This document shows, one piece after another, positions 1 to 9,769 of a stretch of DNA of 64,000 nt. The stretch covers positions 9,796 through 73,795 of the forward strand of contig CAKNJL010000001.1 of assembly GCA_930982035.1 (NCBI GenBank), in the 5' to 3' direction. The notes below the pieces were generated by a model that was not told the DNA's origin, did not search any database, and saw nothing but the letters and a program-made list of their open reading frames with translations. The first letter of the stretch is position 1. Every line of letters begins with the position of its first letter. The DNA comes from an uncultured Clostridium sp. (GTDB lineage Bacteria > Bacillota > Clostridia > TANB77 > CAG-508). The translations under genes and the position numbers were made by a program.

Positions 1-34
1 TTAAATATCCTAGCGAAAATGTTCATTTGAGACA

Positions 35-772
35 TCAGTCACAATATGATATAACACATTTACCATTTTCATTTGCTATGTGAAATTCAATATTTTCCAT
101 TGTTTTAGAACCATCTAATGCAATATTATATACATTTCCAATATATGCAGAATCTGAATACTCACCTTTTATATTAATACTTTCTACTTCAAATTCTATT
201 CCAGTTCCACCGCCAGCATTGTAACATAATATTCCATTTTCATTTTTAAATCCACCAGAAAATCTATTTTCAAACCAATCTTCTGTTACATAATTTAACA
301 TTGCATTTTTATAATCATCATATTGTATATTTGTCTTTACATATCCATCATCTCTAATAACTTCATTTGCAATATCACTATTAGTACATAAATTTAATCT
401 TAGTAACAATGCACTAGAAGCACCTTCTTTAGCTCCTACTAAATTAAGATATTCTTGTAATGCTTTTTTTATTTCTTCGTTAGAAAATTCTTTTTCTTCA
501 TTTGTTGTGGAATTATTTGTTTGCATACTATTGGTATTCACTGTATTACTAGTGTTAGATTTTTCTGATACTTGTTGTTGTAAAGTGTTTACTGTATTTT
601 CTAAAATATTAATTTCATTCTCTAAGTCTGACACCTGTTTTTCTTCATCTCTTTTACCTTCAATTGTTATATAAAGATAATATCCCATTACAATAATAAC
701 TATCATTGCAATTACTAAGAAAAATGTTGATAAACTTATTTTTAAATTCTTTTTTGTATTTTCTTCTTTCAT
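35..772 (-). CDS. membrane-anchored coiled-coil protein, unknown function
   Basis: 245-aa ORF. N-terminal hydrophobic helix (LSTFFLVIAMIVIIVMGYYLYI), then a Q/E/N-rich coiled-coil-like stretch and a globular C-terminal half. No catalytic motif recognised. Confidence 0.5.
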   Translation of the reverse strand: MKEENTKKNLKISLSTFFLVIAMIVIIVMGYYLYITIEGKRDEEKQVSDLENEINILENTVNTLQQQVSEKSNTSNTVNTNSMQTNNSTTNEEKEFSNEEIKKALQEYLNLVGAKEGASSALLLRLNLCTNSDIANEVIRDDGYVKTNIQYDDYKNAMLNYVTEDWFENRFSGGFKNENGILCYNAGGGTGIEFEVESINIKGEYSDSAYIGNVYNIALDGSKTMENIEFHIANENGKCVISYCD

Positions 773-899
773 TTGTATCCCCTTTCTTTTTTTAATAAAT
801 TAACTCTTATTGTCCAATTCTTTATATAAAATTATATCATAATAAAAATCCGATTATAAAATGTCATATAATCTTAATATAAAAATAATATTTTTGTAA

Positions 900-933
900 T
901 ATAATAAAATCCAGCTATTTTCAACTGGATTTT
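900..933 (-). terminator. hairpin terminator downstream of uvrB (bidirectional type)
   Basis: Stem AAAATCCAG (906-914) / CTGGATTTT (925-933) with a 10-nt loop, about 50 nt below the uvrB stop. A/T runs on both sides. Confidence 0.5.
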
Positions 934-984
934 ATTATTAATTTTTCTGAAAAAGTCCAAACAGAAACGTCCCCAATGGACATT

Positions 985-2940
985 TTATAATAATTTTTCT
1001 AATTCTTTTATTTTATCCCTTAATTCTGCTGCTTTTTCAAATTCCATATCTCCTGCATATTTTAACATTTCATCAGTTAATTTTGTAATTGTATCTTTTA
1101 TATCTTCTTCTTTTTCTAGTTTATATTCTACTCCTATGTCATCTGTAATTGTAACCTTAATTGAATCACGTACAGATTTTCTAATTGTTTTAGGAGTTAT
1201 ATGATGTTCTTTGTTATATGCTTCTTGTATTCTTCTTCTTCTATTTGTTTCTGATATTGCTTTTTCCATGCTTTCTGTTAATTCATCTGCATACATAATG
1301 ACTGTACCATCTGTATTTCTAGCTGCTCTTCCTATAGTTTGAATTAGAGATCTTTCTGAACGTAAAAATCCTTCTTTGTCTGCATCTAATATTGCTACTA
1401 ATGATACTTCTGGAATATCTAGTCCTTCTCTTAATAAGTTTATACCAACTAAAACGTCAAATTCTCCTAATCGAAGGTTTCTGATAATTTCCATTCTTTC
1501 TAATGTTTTTGTGTCAGAGTGCATATAATTTACTTTTATGTCTAATCCTTTTAGATAATCTGTTAAGTCTTCTGCCATTTTTTTTGTTAAGGTTGTGACT
1601 AAAACTCTTTCATTTTTTTCTGTTCTAATACGAATTTGTTCTAATAAATCATCAATTTGATTTGTTACTGGTTTTACTTCTATTTTAGGGTCTAATAATC
1701 CAGTTGGTCTTATGATTTGTTCTACAATATTTCCATTGCTATGTTCTTTTTCATAATCTCCTGGTGTAGCACTAACAAATACAACTTGATTTAATTTTTT
1801 TTCAAATTCTTCAAATTTTAAAGGTCTATTATCAAATGCTGATGGTAATCTAAAGCCATAATTAACCAATGATTCTTTTCTCGAATGGTCTCCATTATAC
1901 ATGGCTCTTACTTGTGGGATTGTTGCATGTGATTCATCAATTAGTAATAAGAAGTCGTCTGGAAAATAGTCAAATAAGGTATATGGAGGACTTCCTGGTT
2001 TTCTTCCACTTATATGTCTAGAATAGTTTTCTATTCCTGAACAAAATCCTGTTTCTTTCATCATTTCAATGTCAAAGTTTGTTCTTTCTTCTATTCTTTG
2101 TGCTTCTATTAATTTGTTATGTTCTTTAAAGTATTTTATTCTTTCTTCTAATTCTTCTTCAATTGTAACAATGGCTCTTTCCATTTTATTTTTTGTTGTT
2201 ACATAGTGAGAAGCTGGAGATATTAAAACATGTCTTCTACTTCCAATTGTTTTTCCTGTTAGTGGATTGATTTCTACGATTTTTTCAATTTCATCTCCCC
2301 AGAATTCTACTCTAATTGCTGATTCTGATTGGTCAGATGGATATATTTCAACAATATCTCCTTTTGCTCTAAATGTCCCTCTTTTAAAATCAATTTCATT
2401 TCTTGTATATTGCATTGTAACAAGTTTTTTTAATACTTCGTCTCTTCCTTTTTGCATTCCTGGTCTTAATGATAGCATCATTTCTTGATAATCTTCTGGG
2501 TCTCCTAATCCATAGATACATGAAACAGATGCTACAATAATAACATCTCTAGTTTCAAATAGTGCTAATGTTGCAGAATGTCTAAGTTTGTCTATTTCTT
2601 CGTTAACAGATGAATCTTTTTCTATATATGTATCTGATTGTGGAATATAGCTTTCTGGTTGATAATAGTCATAATATGATACAAAATATTCAACATTATT
2701 CTCTGGAAAAAATTCTTTAAATTCACTGTATAATTGTCCTGCTAATGTCTTATTATGTGCTAAAACTAGTGTTGGTCTCTGAACTTGTTGTATTATATTT
2801 GCCATTGTAAATGTTTTACCTGAACCTGTAACTCCTAATAAAGTTTGGAATTTTTTTCCTTCTTTTATTCCATTACTTAAATATTCAATTGCTTTTGGTT
2901 GGTCTCCTGTAGGTTTATAATCTGAATGTAATTTAAACAT
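985..2940 (-). CDS. uvrB: excinuclease ABC subunit B
   Basis: 651 aa. Walker [11 protein letters not shown]. Characteristic [14 protein letters not shown] segment, helicase motifs, and C-terminal UVR domain ([17 protein letters not shown]). Confidence 0.97.
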   Translation of the reverse strand: MFKLHSDYKPTGDQPKAIEYLSNGIKEGKKFQTLLGVTGSGKTFTMANIIQQVQRPTLVLAHNKTLAGQLYSEFKEFFPENNVEYFVSYYDYYQPESYIPQSDTYIEKDSSVNEEIDKLRHSATLALFETRDVIIVASVSCIYGLGDPEDYQEMMLSLRPGMQKGRDEVLKKLVTMQYTRNEIDFKRGTFRAKGDIVEIYPSDQSESAIRVEFWGDEIEKIVEINPLTGKTIGSRRHVLISPASHYVTTKNKMERAIVTIEEELEERIKYFKEHNKLIEAQRIEERTNFDIEMMKETGFCSGIENYSRHISGRKPGSPPYTLFDYFPDDFLLLIDESHATIPQVRAMYNGDHSRKESLVNYGFRLPSAFDNRPLKFEEFEKKLNQVVFVSATPGDYEKEHSNGNIVEQIIRPTGLLDPKIEVKPVTNQIDDLLEQIRIRTEKNERVLVTTLTKKMAEDLTDYLKGLDIKVNYMHSDTKTLERMEIIRNLRLGEFDVLVGINLLREGLDIPEVSLVAILDADKEGFLRSERSLIQTIGRAARNTDGTVIMYADELTESMEKAISETNRRRRIQEAYNKEHHITPKTIRKSVRDSIKVTITDDIGVEYKLEKEEDIKDTITKLTDEMLKYAGDMEFEKAAELRDKIKELEKLL

Positions 2941-3021
2941 ATTTTTTCCTCATTTCTATTTAAACTAACACATTATTTATACCACATTTCTTCTATAAAG
3001 ACAATATCTTCAATTTCCTAT

Positions 3022-3089
3022 TGTATAAAAAATAAGAACTACTATAATATAAAAATCGTTTAATGACTTTATATTCTAATAGTTCTTAT
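3022..3089 (-). terminator. rho-independent terminator after the surface-protein gene
   Basis: About 22-bp imperfect stem ATAAGAACTACTATAATATAAA / TTTATATTCTAATAGTTCTTAT (3032-3089), followed on the minus strand by TTTTTATA. Confidence 0.6.
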
Positions 3090-3142
3090 AATGTTTATTA
3101 TATTACTGGTTTTAAATCATATAATCTTGTAATAATATATTT

Positions 3143-5972
3143 CTATAATTCTATTATTTTTAAAATAGCTTTTCTTACAATTGATAAATCTATTAAATTA
3201 ACTTCATTATCATAATTTGCATCTGCTGCTTTTTGATATTCTTCTTGTAAGGTAATTATTTTTAAATGATATTTTCTTATCCTAGATAAATCTACAAGAT
3301 TTATATTTCCATCACCATTTGAATCTCCTGTAACAATTAGTGTATATTCTTTATTTGTGTCTGTTATCAATTTATAGCCTGTTCCTATTAAGTCTGAATC
3401 TTGTATTTCTTCTCCAGAACTATTTACAACTTTATATCCTATTTCTGTAGAAATATTATTTTTAAATTCTGACAAATTTGTTTCTGGTATAATTTTACTT
3501 ATATAATTTGGATCTGTATCTATTTGATATTCAGAAGAGGTTATTGTATCATCATCTGGCTCTGGCTCTTCTACTATTTCTGTTATGTTTATTACTTTTA
3601 TTACAGAATTTCCTTTTTCATCTTCTGCATAAATTGTGTATGTTCCATTTGACTTAATACCAACTTCTGCTCTTGCTGAATTGCCCTCTGTTTTTATATT
3701 AAGTGTTGTTCCATTATTTTCAAAATATTCTATATTTTGTTCTCCTGTTGCTATTTTTATTGTTTTAATTGTAGATTGTGTATCTACTACATCTATAGTT
3801 ACTTTTACAGTTTTATCTTCTTCTATAAATTCATTAGTTGTATTCACTGTTGGAGGTGTTGTATCATCTACTTCTGGTTCATCTGTAATTGTTGTAACTT
3901 CAAATGTTTGTATTTTTGAATTACCTGCTGTATCTTTAGCAAATACTGTATATGTTCCATTTTTTGAAATATTTATTGATGTATTAACTGTTTTACTATT
4001 GTTTTCTATATCTAGTTCTTGACCATTGTCTACAAAATAGTCAATATTTTGTTCTCCTTCTGCTATTTTTACCGTATCAATAAATGTTAAAACATCTTCA
4101 ATGTTTATTGAAACAGCTACATTTTTGTTGTCTGTATTTTGTTGACTTATATTAATTTCAGGTGCTGTTTTGTCTATTATAAATTCTACAGTTGATTCAT
4201 TTCCAGCTTCGTCAATTGCTGTTAAAACATATTCTCCTTCGTCTTCTAGCATATCTCCATTTTTGTATGTTTCTATTTTTATTCCATCTTTTGTTAAAGT
4301 TATGCTTTTTAAATTTTCATCACTTATACTTGGTGTTACTGATTGATTATATACTTTGTCATTTTCAACACCACTTATTTCTGGAGGGGTTGTATCTTTA
4401 TCTGGTTCTTCCGGTTCTTCTATACTGGCTATATTAATTTCTTTTACTGCTTCATTTCCTTCTTGGTCTTTTGCATAAACTGTATATATTCCTGTTTCAG
4501 TAATGTTAAAATGAGTATTTACACTACTTCCTACACTTCCTTGCCCAATTCTTGTTCCATTTGTTGCAAAATATTCTACATTTTGACTTCCTTTAGCCCA
4601 TTTAACTTCATCTATATATGAATCTTTATCTATTACCCTTACATCAATTTGTTTTAGATTATCTGCATTTTGTGTTAAAGTAATCTCTGGCGGATCATTT
4701 GGTACTGGTTCAGGCTCTTCTACTCCTATTATTTGTTTACTATACATATATGTATATCCTTGTTCATCTTTTATATATACATTAATTGTACAATTCTCAT
4801 CAACAGTATAATTTGTAGTTACTTCTTTACCTGCATTTATAGAAATTTCTTCTCCATTATTTTCAAAATATGCTAAATCAATATCTTCTCCTATTGCTAT
4901 TTTCATTTCTACAATATTACAGATATTGTTAGTTGCTTTTATTGTTAAATTTCCAGGTGAATTCTCATCTTGAGTAATTTCTACGTTCATGACTTTTTCT
5001 TCTGATGTAATTCTTTTTTCTATCATCTTTCTATTTCCTAGTTCATCTTCTATATAAAATACATATGTATCATCTTCTGGGGCAGTATATGTTATATTTA
5101 CATCTTTTCCTTCTGTAAATTGTAGTTCTTCACCTTTTGTTTCAAAATCACTAAAATCTTCTATTTCAGAACTTTTTGCTACTTTTACTTTAACAATATT
5201 ACAAATTTTATTTGTTATTTGTAAACTTACTTCTCTAGTATTATCCGTATCATTAATTACAGCTGTAATAGGTGTTCTCTCTTTTCCTAAATATATTTGT
5301 GTAATTGTTTTATTTCCTTCACTATCTTCAACATAAATTCTATATAAAGCTTCCTCAGTTGCTCCGTGTATATTTTACAGTTACATCATTACTTTTTATA
5401 AATTCTATATCTGTTCCTTCTACACTGAAATCAATATCATCATTTATATCTTCCATTTTAGCTATTTTTATTTTTTCTATTGTGTTATTTTTACTCGTTG
5501 CGTGAATTGTTACATTCATTAGGTTTTCTTCATCTCTTGTTAGTGTAATCTGTGGCATATCATTTGGATCATTCACAGTTAATCTAGATAAAAATGCATT
5601 ACCTGCTTCATTTTTTGCATAAACTGTGTAGCTTCCATATCCATCTAACTCAAAAGATTCTTGTATAGATTGTGATGGTGTTATTTCAAATGTATAAATA
5701 TCATCATGATTTTCTTCAAAATAATTTGCATTACTTGTCTCTATATATTTGTGTACATATTTTAAGGCAGTTATATTGTATTCACTGTCTGTTGCTGTTA
5801 TATTTATTTGATTTGGATTTGTTTCATCTCTTTTTAGTTCTACATTTAATGTTATATCTCCTTCTGAAACTCCTGAAACATCAGTAGCTTGTGATACAAT
5901 TGGTATTAAAACTTGTATAAGCATTATTAGTATTACAAAAATTGATATATTCTTTTTTATATTATTTTTCAT
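3143..5972 (-). pseudogene. secreted surface protein with about 8 Ig-like repeats and a C-terminal type I dockerin, split by one frameshift
   Basis: ORF 5355..5972 carries a signal peptide (KKNISIFVILIMLIQVLIPIVSQA) and the first repeat. My translation of 5027-5375 in the frame of ORF 3143..5026 is open and continues the same repeat family (recurring G-YTVYA-D--GN blocks). The two frames overlap only around 5357-5376. The C-terminus has two calcium-loop repeats, DSNGDGNINLVDL and DANYDNEVNLIDL, which is a dockerin signature. Confidence 0.7.
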
Positions 5973-6124
5973 GGTTCATTCCTCCCTTACCACTATAAAT
6001 ATATTATAGCATTAAGAAATCTTTTTATCAATATTATTTCTTAAGCCACAAAGAAAACTTAATTTTAAAGCCTTCTTTGTGGTTTTTCAGTTAATGATGA
6101 TTTTTTTCTCCGTCCTCAAAATCA

Positions 6125-7138
6125 TCATTCTCCCATTATTTCTTCTTCTACCTCTTCACTATTTTTGTTGTTTTTATCATGAACCTTTAAGTAATATGGT
6201 TGTATATCTAGCAGACTATCCATATACACAATATTTCCATTTTTATCTGTTATCTTTAAATTAGGAAAAGTTCTTATCATCTTTTTATCTCCCCAGAATT
6301 TGTATATAAAATTTGATAATTTTTCATTTCCATAAATTTCATCATATTGTTCCTGAACTTGTTCTTTATTGGCAACATCTATATCATTTTTGACTATCAT
6401 TCTTACCAAGAAAAATTCTAATGCAAAAGCTGTTGATATACAATCTATCATTAGTAGTATAAATACTGTCATGACAAAGGTTTTTAAACCTTTATATGTT
6501 TTAAATTTGCTTTTTATCCAATCTATTATTTTATCTACTTTAGGATTTAATGACGCAATTAAATATATACCTAAAAATCCCCAAAAGATTGAATAATATA
6601 CACAAATTCTTCCATTTATATTAAGTGGCATTCCTGAATAATCCCACCATCTAACACCTAGTAGTAATTCTCCAACTAAACTTACAACATATTCTACTAC
6701 AGAGCCTACTATAAATCCCCCTATAAAAAGAGCGTTAAATTTTCTAGGAAATTTGTGTAAACATATAATCATTATTACAGCTCCTAATCCATATATTCCA
6801 CAAAATGGCCCATATAAAAAACTTTGTCTACTTTCCCAAACTCCTTTTGTTACAATTCCATAAAGTGTTTCAATTATATATCCTGCTACACTATAAATTA
6901 TAAAATATGCTAAAATTCTCCATAAACTTATTCCATTAATTGTCCTTACTTTATTTTTTTTGATATTTTCATCTTGCATTTTTGTTCCATCTTTTTTTGC
7001 TATATTTTCTTCATTTACTTTTTCATTAATAGTAACATTTTCACTATTTATTTTTTCTTTATTACTATTTTTTTCTACATTCATTTTTTTCGATTTTCCT
7101 ATATTATTTTTTTCTTCTGGATTTCTTTTTTCTTTCAT
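6125..7138 (-). CDS. polytopic membrane protein of the 'putative ABC-transporter type IV' family, with a K/E/N-rich N-terminal extension
   Basis: 337 aa. The conserved core (YSVAGYIIETLYG...SRQSFLYGPFCGIYGLGAV...VVEYVVSLVGELLLGVRWWDYSGMPLNINGRICVYYSIFWG) resembles Pfam ABC_trans_CmpB (PF06541, from memory). Paralogue of ORF 10797..11456. Confidence 0.7.
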   Translation of the reverse strand: MKEKRNPEEKNNIGKSKKMNVEKNSNKEKINSENVTINEKVNEENIAKKDGTKMQDENIKKNKVRTINGISLWRILAYFIIYSVAGYIIETLYGIVTKGVWESRQSFLYGPFCGIYGLGAVIMIICLHKFPRKFNALFIGGFIVGSVVEYVVSLVGELLLGVRWWDYSGMPLNINGRICVYYSIFWGFLGIYLIASLNPKVDKIIDWIKSKFKTYKGLKTFVMTVFILLMIDCISTAFALEFFLVRMIVKNDIDVANKEQVQEQYDEIYGNEKLSNFIYKFWGDKKMIRTFPNLKITDKNGNIVYMDSLLDIQPYYLKVHDKNNKNSEEVEEEIMGE

Positions 7139-7152
7139 ATATTAAACCTTTC

Positions 7153-8928
7153 TTAAATCAATTTTTCTAATTCTTCAATTTTATTTTTATAAAAATCTGT
7201 GGTAGATTTATATGTTGCAGGGTTTTCTAAGTCAACATCTACCATTTTTAATAATTCTACTGATTTTTTAGTACAGCCTTGACTCAACATGTTAATATAT
7301 TTTTCTACAAAACCTTCTTCTTTATTCAATATTTTTGTAGCAATACAAATTGCAGATGATATTCCTGTTGCATATTTATATACATAAAAATCTGTATAAA
7401 AATGTGGTATTCTAGCCCATTCATATTTTATTTCATCATCAATTATTATATCTTTTCCAAAATATTTTTCATTTAATTTGTAATATATATTATTTAAATC
7501 TTCTGATGCTAACATTTCACCTTTTTCAATTTTTTCATGTACTGTCTTTTCAAACTCAGCAAACATGGATTGTCTAAAAAATGTTGCTCTTATCATTTCT
7601 AATAATTCATAAATTAATTCTGCTTTTTTCTTTTTATCAGTTTCATTGTTTATTTGATATTCACTTAGCAAAATTTCATTTACTGTTGACGCAACTTCTG
7701 CTACCATTATTGTATATTGGGAATCTATTATATTTTGAGTTTTACTTGAATAATATGAGTGCATACTATGTCCTAATTCATGAGCAATTGTACTTACATC
7801 TCTTTTATTTTCTGTAAAACTCATTAATACAAATGGATGTACACCATATACTCCAGAACTATATGCCCCTCCTCTTTTATTTGGTTTTTCATATACGTCT
7901 ATCCAATTATTTTCAAAAGCTATATCTAACATTTCACCATATTCTTTTCCTAATATAGCTAATGCATCTTTCACTTCTTTTTTTGCTTCTTCAAAGGATA
8001 TTTTGTCTTCTTTTTGTTCAAATGGATTTACATATAAATCATACATGTGTATTTTATCCATGTTTAATAGTTTTCTTTTTGATGATATAAATTGATGATT
8101 TGTATCTAGTCCTTCTTCTACTCCTTTCATTAATGCTTCATAAACTTTTATTGTTGCATCATCATTGACAGTTGCTTTTTCTAAAGATGATTTATAATTT
8201 CTTAATTTTGCTGTTATTACTGTTTGTTTTACGTTTGCTAAATACATTTCTGTTATAGTATTTATATATTCACTATATTTTTTGTACATTAAGTTAAATG
8301 CTTGTTTTCTAACTTTGATATTATTACTTTTTAAATATTTTGTATAAGTTGCATCTGTTAATTCTACTTCTTCTCCATTCTCATTTATTAATGTTCCAAA
8401 TTTAAATTCTGCATTTGTTAAAATATCATATATATTTTCTGGACCAGAAAATACTTCTGAATAATTTGCAAGTAAGTTTTCTTCTTCTTTGCTTAATATA
8501 TGTTTTTTCTTTTCTAATGTATCTTTAATGTCTCTTTCATATCTTTTTAGTCTTTTATCTTCTTCCAAATATTTATTTATAATTGCTTCATCTGTAAAAG
8601 TTATTTCTGGTGTGATATAAGATGTGGCCGTGCTAAATTCAGATGATAGATTTTCTACTTCTTTAAATAATTTTATTCCTTCTTGATCTGCCATATTTAA
8701 ATGATAAGAAAACATCCCATAAGAATATATTTTATCAAAATCAATTAATATTTTTTCATAAATATTATAGCATTGATATAAATTTTCAGCACTATCACAT
8801 AAAATTCCTTTATATTTTTCAATTTCTTTTAAATCTTTTTGCATTTTCTCTTTTGCCTTATAAAAATCCTCTTTATTCTCAAATAAATCTGTCAAATTCC
8901 AATTATACTTTTTTTGTATTTGATTCAA
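7153..8928 (-). CDS. pepF: oligoendopeptidase F (M3B metallopeptidase)
   Basis: 591 aa. Zinc motif HELGHSMH. Overall PepF-like length and C-terminal helical domain. Confidence 0.92.
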   Translation of the reverse strand: MNQIQKKYNWNLTDLFENKEDFYKAKEKMQKDLKEIEKYKGILCDSAENLYQCYNIYEKILIDFDKIYSYGMFSYHLNMADQEGIKLFKEVENLSSEFSTATSYITPEITFTDEAIINKYLEEDKRLKRYERDIKDTLEKKKHILSKEEENLLANYSEVFSGPENIYDILTNAEFKFGTLINENGEEVELTDATYTKYLKSNNIKVRKQAFNLMYKKYSEYINTITEMYLANVKQTVITAKLRNYKSSLEKATVNDDATIKVYEALMKGVEEGLDTNHQFISSKRKLLNMDKIHMYDLYVNPFEQKEDKISFEEAKKEVKDALAILGKEYGEMLDIAFENNWIDVYEKPNKRGGAYSSGVYGVHPFVLMSFTENKRDVSTIAHELGHSMHSYYSSKTQNIIDSQYTIMVAEVASTVNEILLSEYQINNETDKKKKAELIYELLEMIRATFFRQSMFAEFEKTVHEKIEKGEMLASEDLNNIYYKLNEKYFGKDIIIDDEIKYEWARIPHFYTDFYVYKYATGISSAICIATKILNKEEGFVEKYINMLSQGCTKKSVELLKMVDVDLENPATYKSTTDFYKNKIEELEKLI

Positions 8929-9044
8929 TCTTATCGTCCTCCTTTTTTATGCCATTCTATCATATTTTAATTTCAGATACAATACTTTATATAATTAGTA
9001 TATATTATTTAAAACAGATTATACTAATATTCCTTTTATTTAAA

Positions 9045-9350
9045 TTAATATATTGGAATTTTTATTTGCATCCCTTCTGATAAGTCACTTGTGTCCATAT
9101 TATTTAGTTCTTTTATTTCTAAAATTACATTTCTTACATCTTGATTTTGAAAATATTGATTTTCTTTTATTTCTTCTTGTGCTATTTGCCATAAAGTCTC
9201 TCCTTTAGTTACATATTCTGTTTTATATTTTCCTTCGTTATTTGAATATGTTTTATTACTTAATAACCATATCATTATTAATATAAACAAAATCAAATTA
9301 ACTATTGACTTTACAAATTTATTTTTATTTACAATTTTTATTTTTCTCAT
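9045..9350 (-). CDS. small TM + LysM protein, YneA-like candidate SOS cell-division inhibitor
   Basis: 101 aa. N-terminal TM (IVNLILFILIMIWLL), then a LysM-like segment (YVTKGETLWQIAQEE...LSEGMQIKIP). Same size and architecture as B. subtilis YneA. The promoter carries LexA-box-like sites. Confidence 0.6.
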   Translation of the reverse strand: MRKIKIVNKNKFVKSIVNLILFILIMIWLLSNKTYSNNEGKYKTEYVTKGETLWQIAQEEIKENQYFQNQDVRNVILEIKELNNMDTSDLSEGMQIKIPIY

Positions 9351-9372
9351 AATAAATCACTCCTCTTTCCTT

Positions 9373-9424
9373 GAATGTTTGTTCGGTATGTCTGCATTAT
9401 ATACGAACATTTTTTCTTTGTCAA
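9373..9424 (-). promoter_or_regulatory. consensus sigma-A promoter overlapped by two LexA-box-like sites
   Basis: Minus strand reads TTGACA (9419-9424), a 17-nt spacer, then TATAAT (9396-9401). GAAAAAATGTTCG (9404-9416) lies in the spacer and CGAACAAACATTC (9373-9385) lies between the -10 and the RBS. Each is one mismatch from GAAC-N4-GTTC. Confidence 0.6.
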
Positions 9425-9463
9425 TAGTTTTTCCAAAAAAATGTTTGTTTATAAAAACAAAAA

Positions 9464-9709
9464 GGTTACAATTCACAGCTTAAAGATACTATTAATAAGA
9501 ATGTATATATATTAATATTGAATAAATTTTGAATGTGATTGGAGTGCTTGTAGAGTTTCTTAATCTAAAAGGAATGAGGAAGCGCGATACAGCGAGAGGC
9601 TCGTTCCTTTTAGATTTAGAAACTCTAATGCACGTATTGAACCGAGAAATTTATGAAATATTAATATATATACATTCTATAAAATAATTATAAGGCTGTG
9701 AATTGTAAC
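9464..9709 (+). ncRNA. hairpin element family 1, copy 1 (candidate structured RNA or ERIC/MITE-like palindromic repeat)
   Basis: 246-bp imperfect palindrome centred on 9586-9590. Outer stem GGTTACAATTCACAGC / GCTGTGAATTGTAAC. AT-rich stem AGAATGTATATATATTAATATT with its complement. Asymmetric internal bubble. 27-bp inner helix. GC-rich apex GAGGAAGCGCGATACAGCGAGAGGCTC (9576-9602; 17/27 G+C). The wobble pairs are U:G only when read on the plus strand. Confidence 0.5.
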
Positions 9710-9720
9710 ACAAGAAGTAT

Positions 9721-9756
9721 AAATAGAAACAACCCAAAGTCTTATTCGACTTTGGG
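9721..9756 (-). terminator. rho-independent terminator after dpaB
   Basis: Stem CCCAAAGTC (9733-9741) / GACTTTGGG (9748-9756), followed on the minus strand by TTGTTTCTATTT. Confidence 0.65.
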
Positions 9757-9769
9757 CTAATTAAATTAC

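Noticed and set aside
9464-9709. Self-cleaving ribozyme (hammerhead or twister) or a dif/XerCD site inside the hairpin elements.
   Set aside because: I found no CUGAnGA...GAAA hammerhead core and no twister-like conserved blocks on either strand. The resemblance of the AT-rich stem to Firmicutes dif is limited to low-complexity TATATA sequence. This was a by-eye check only; a cmsearch would be decisive.
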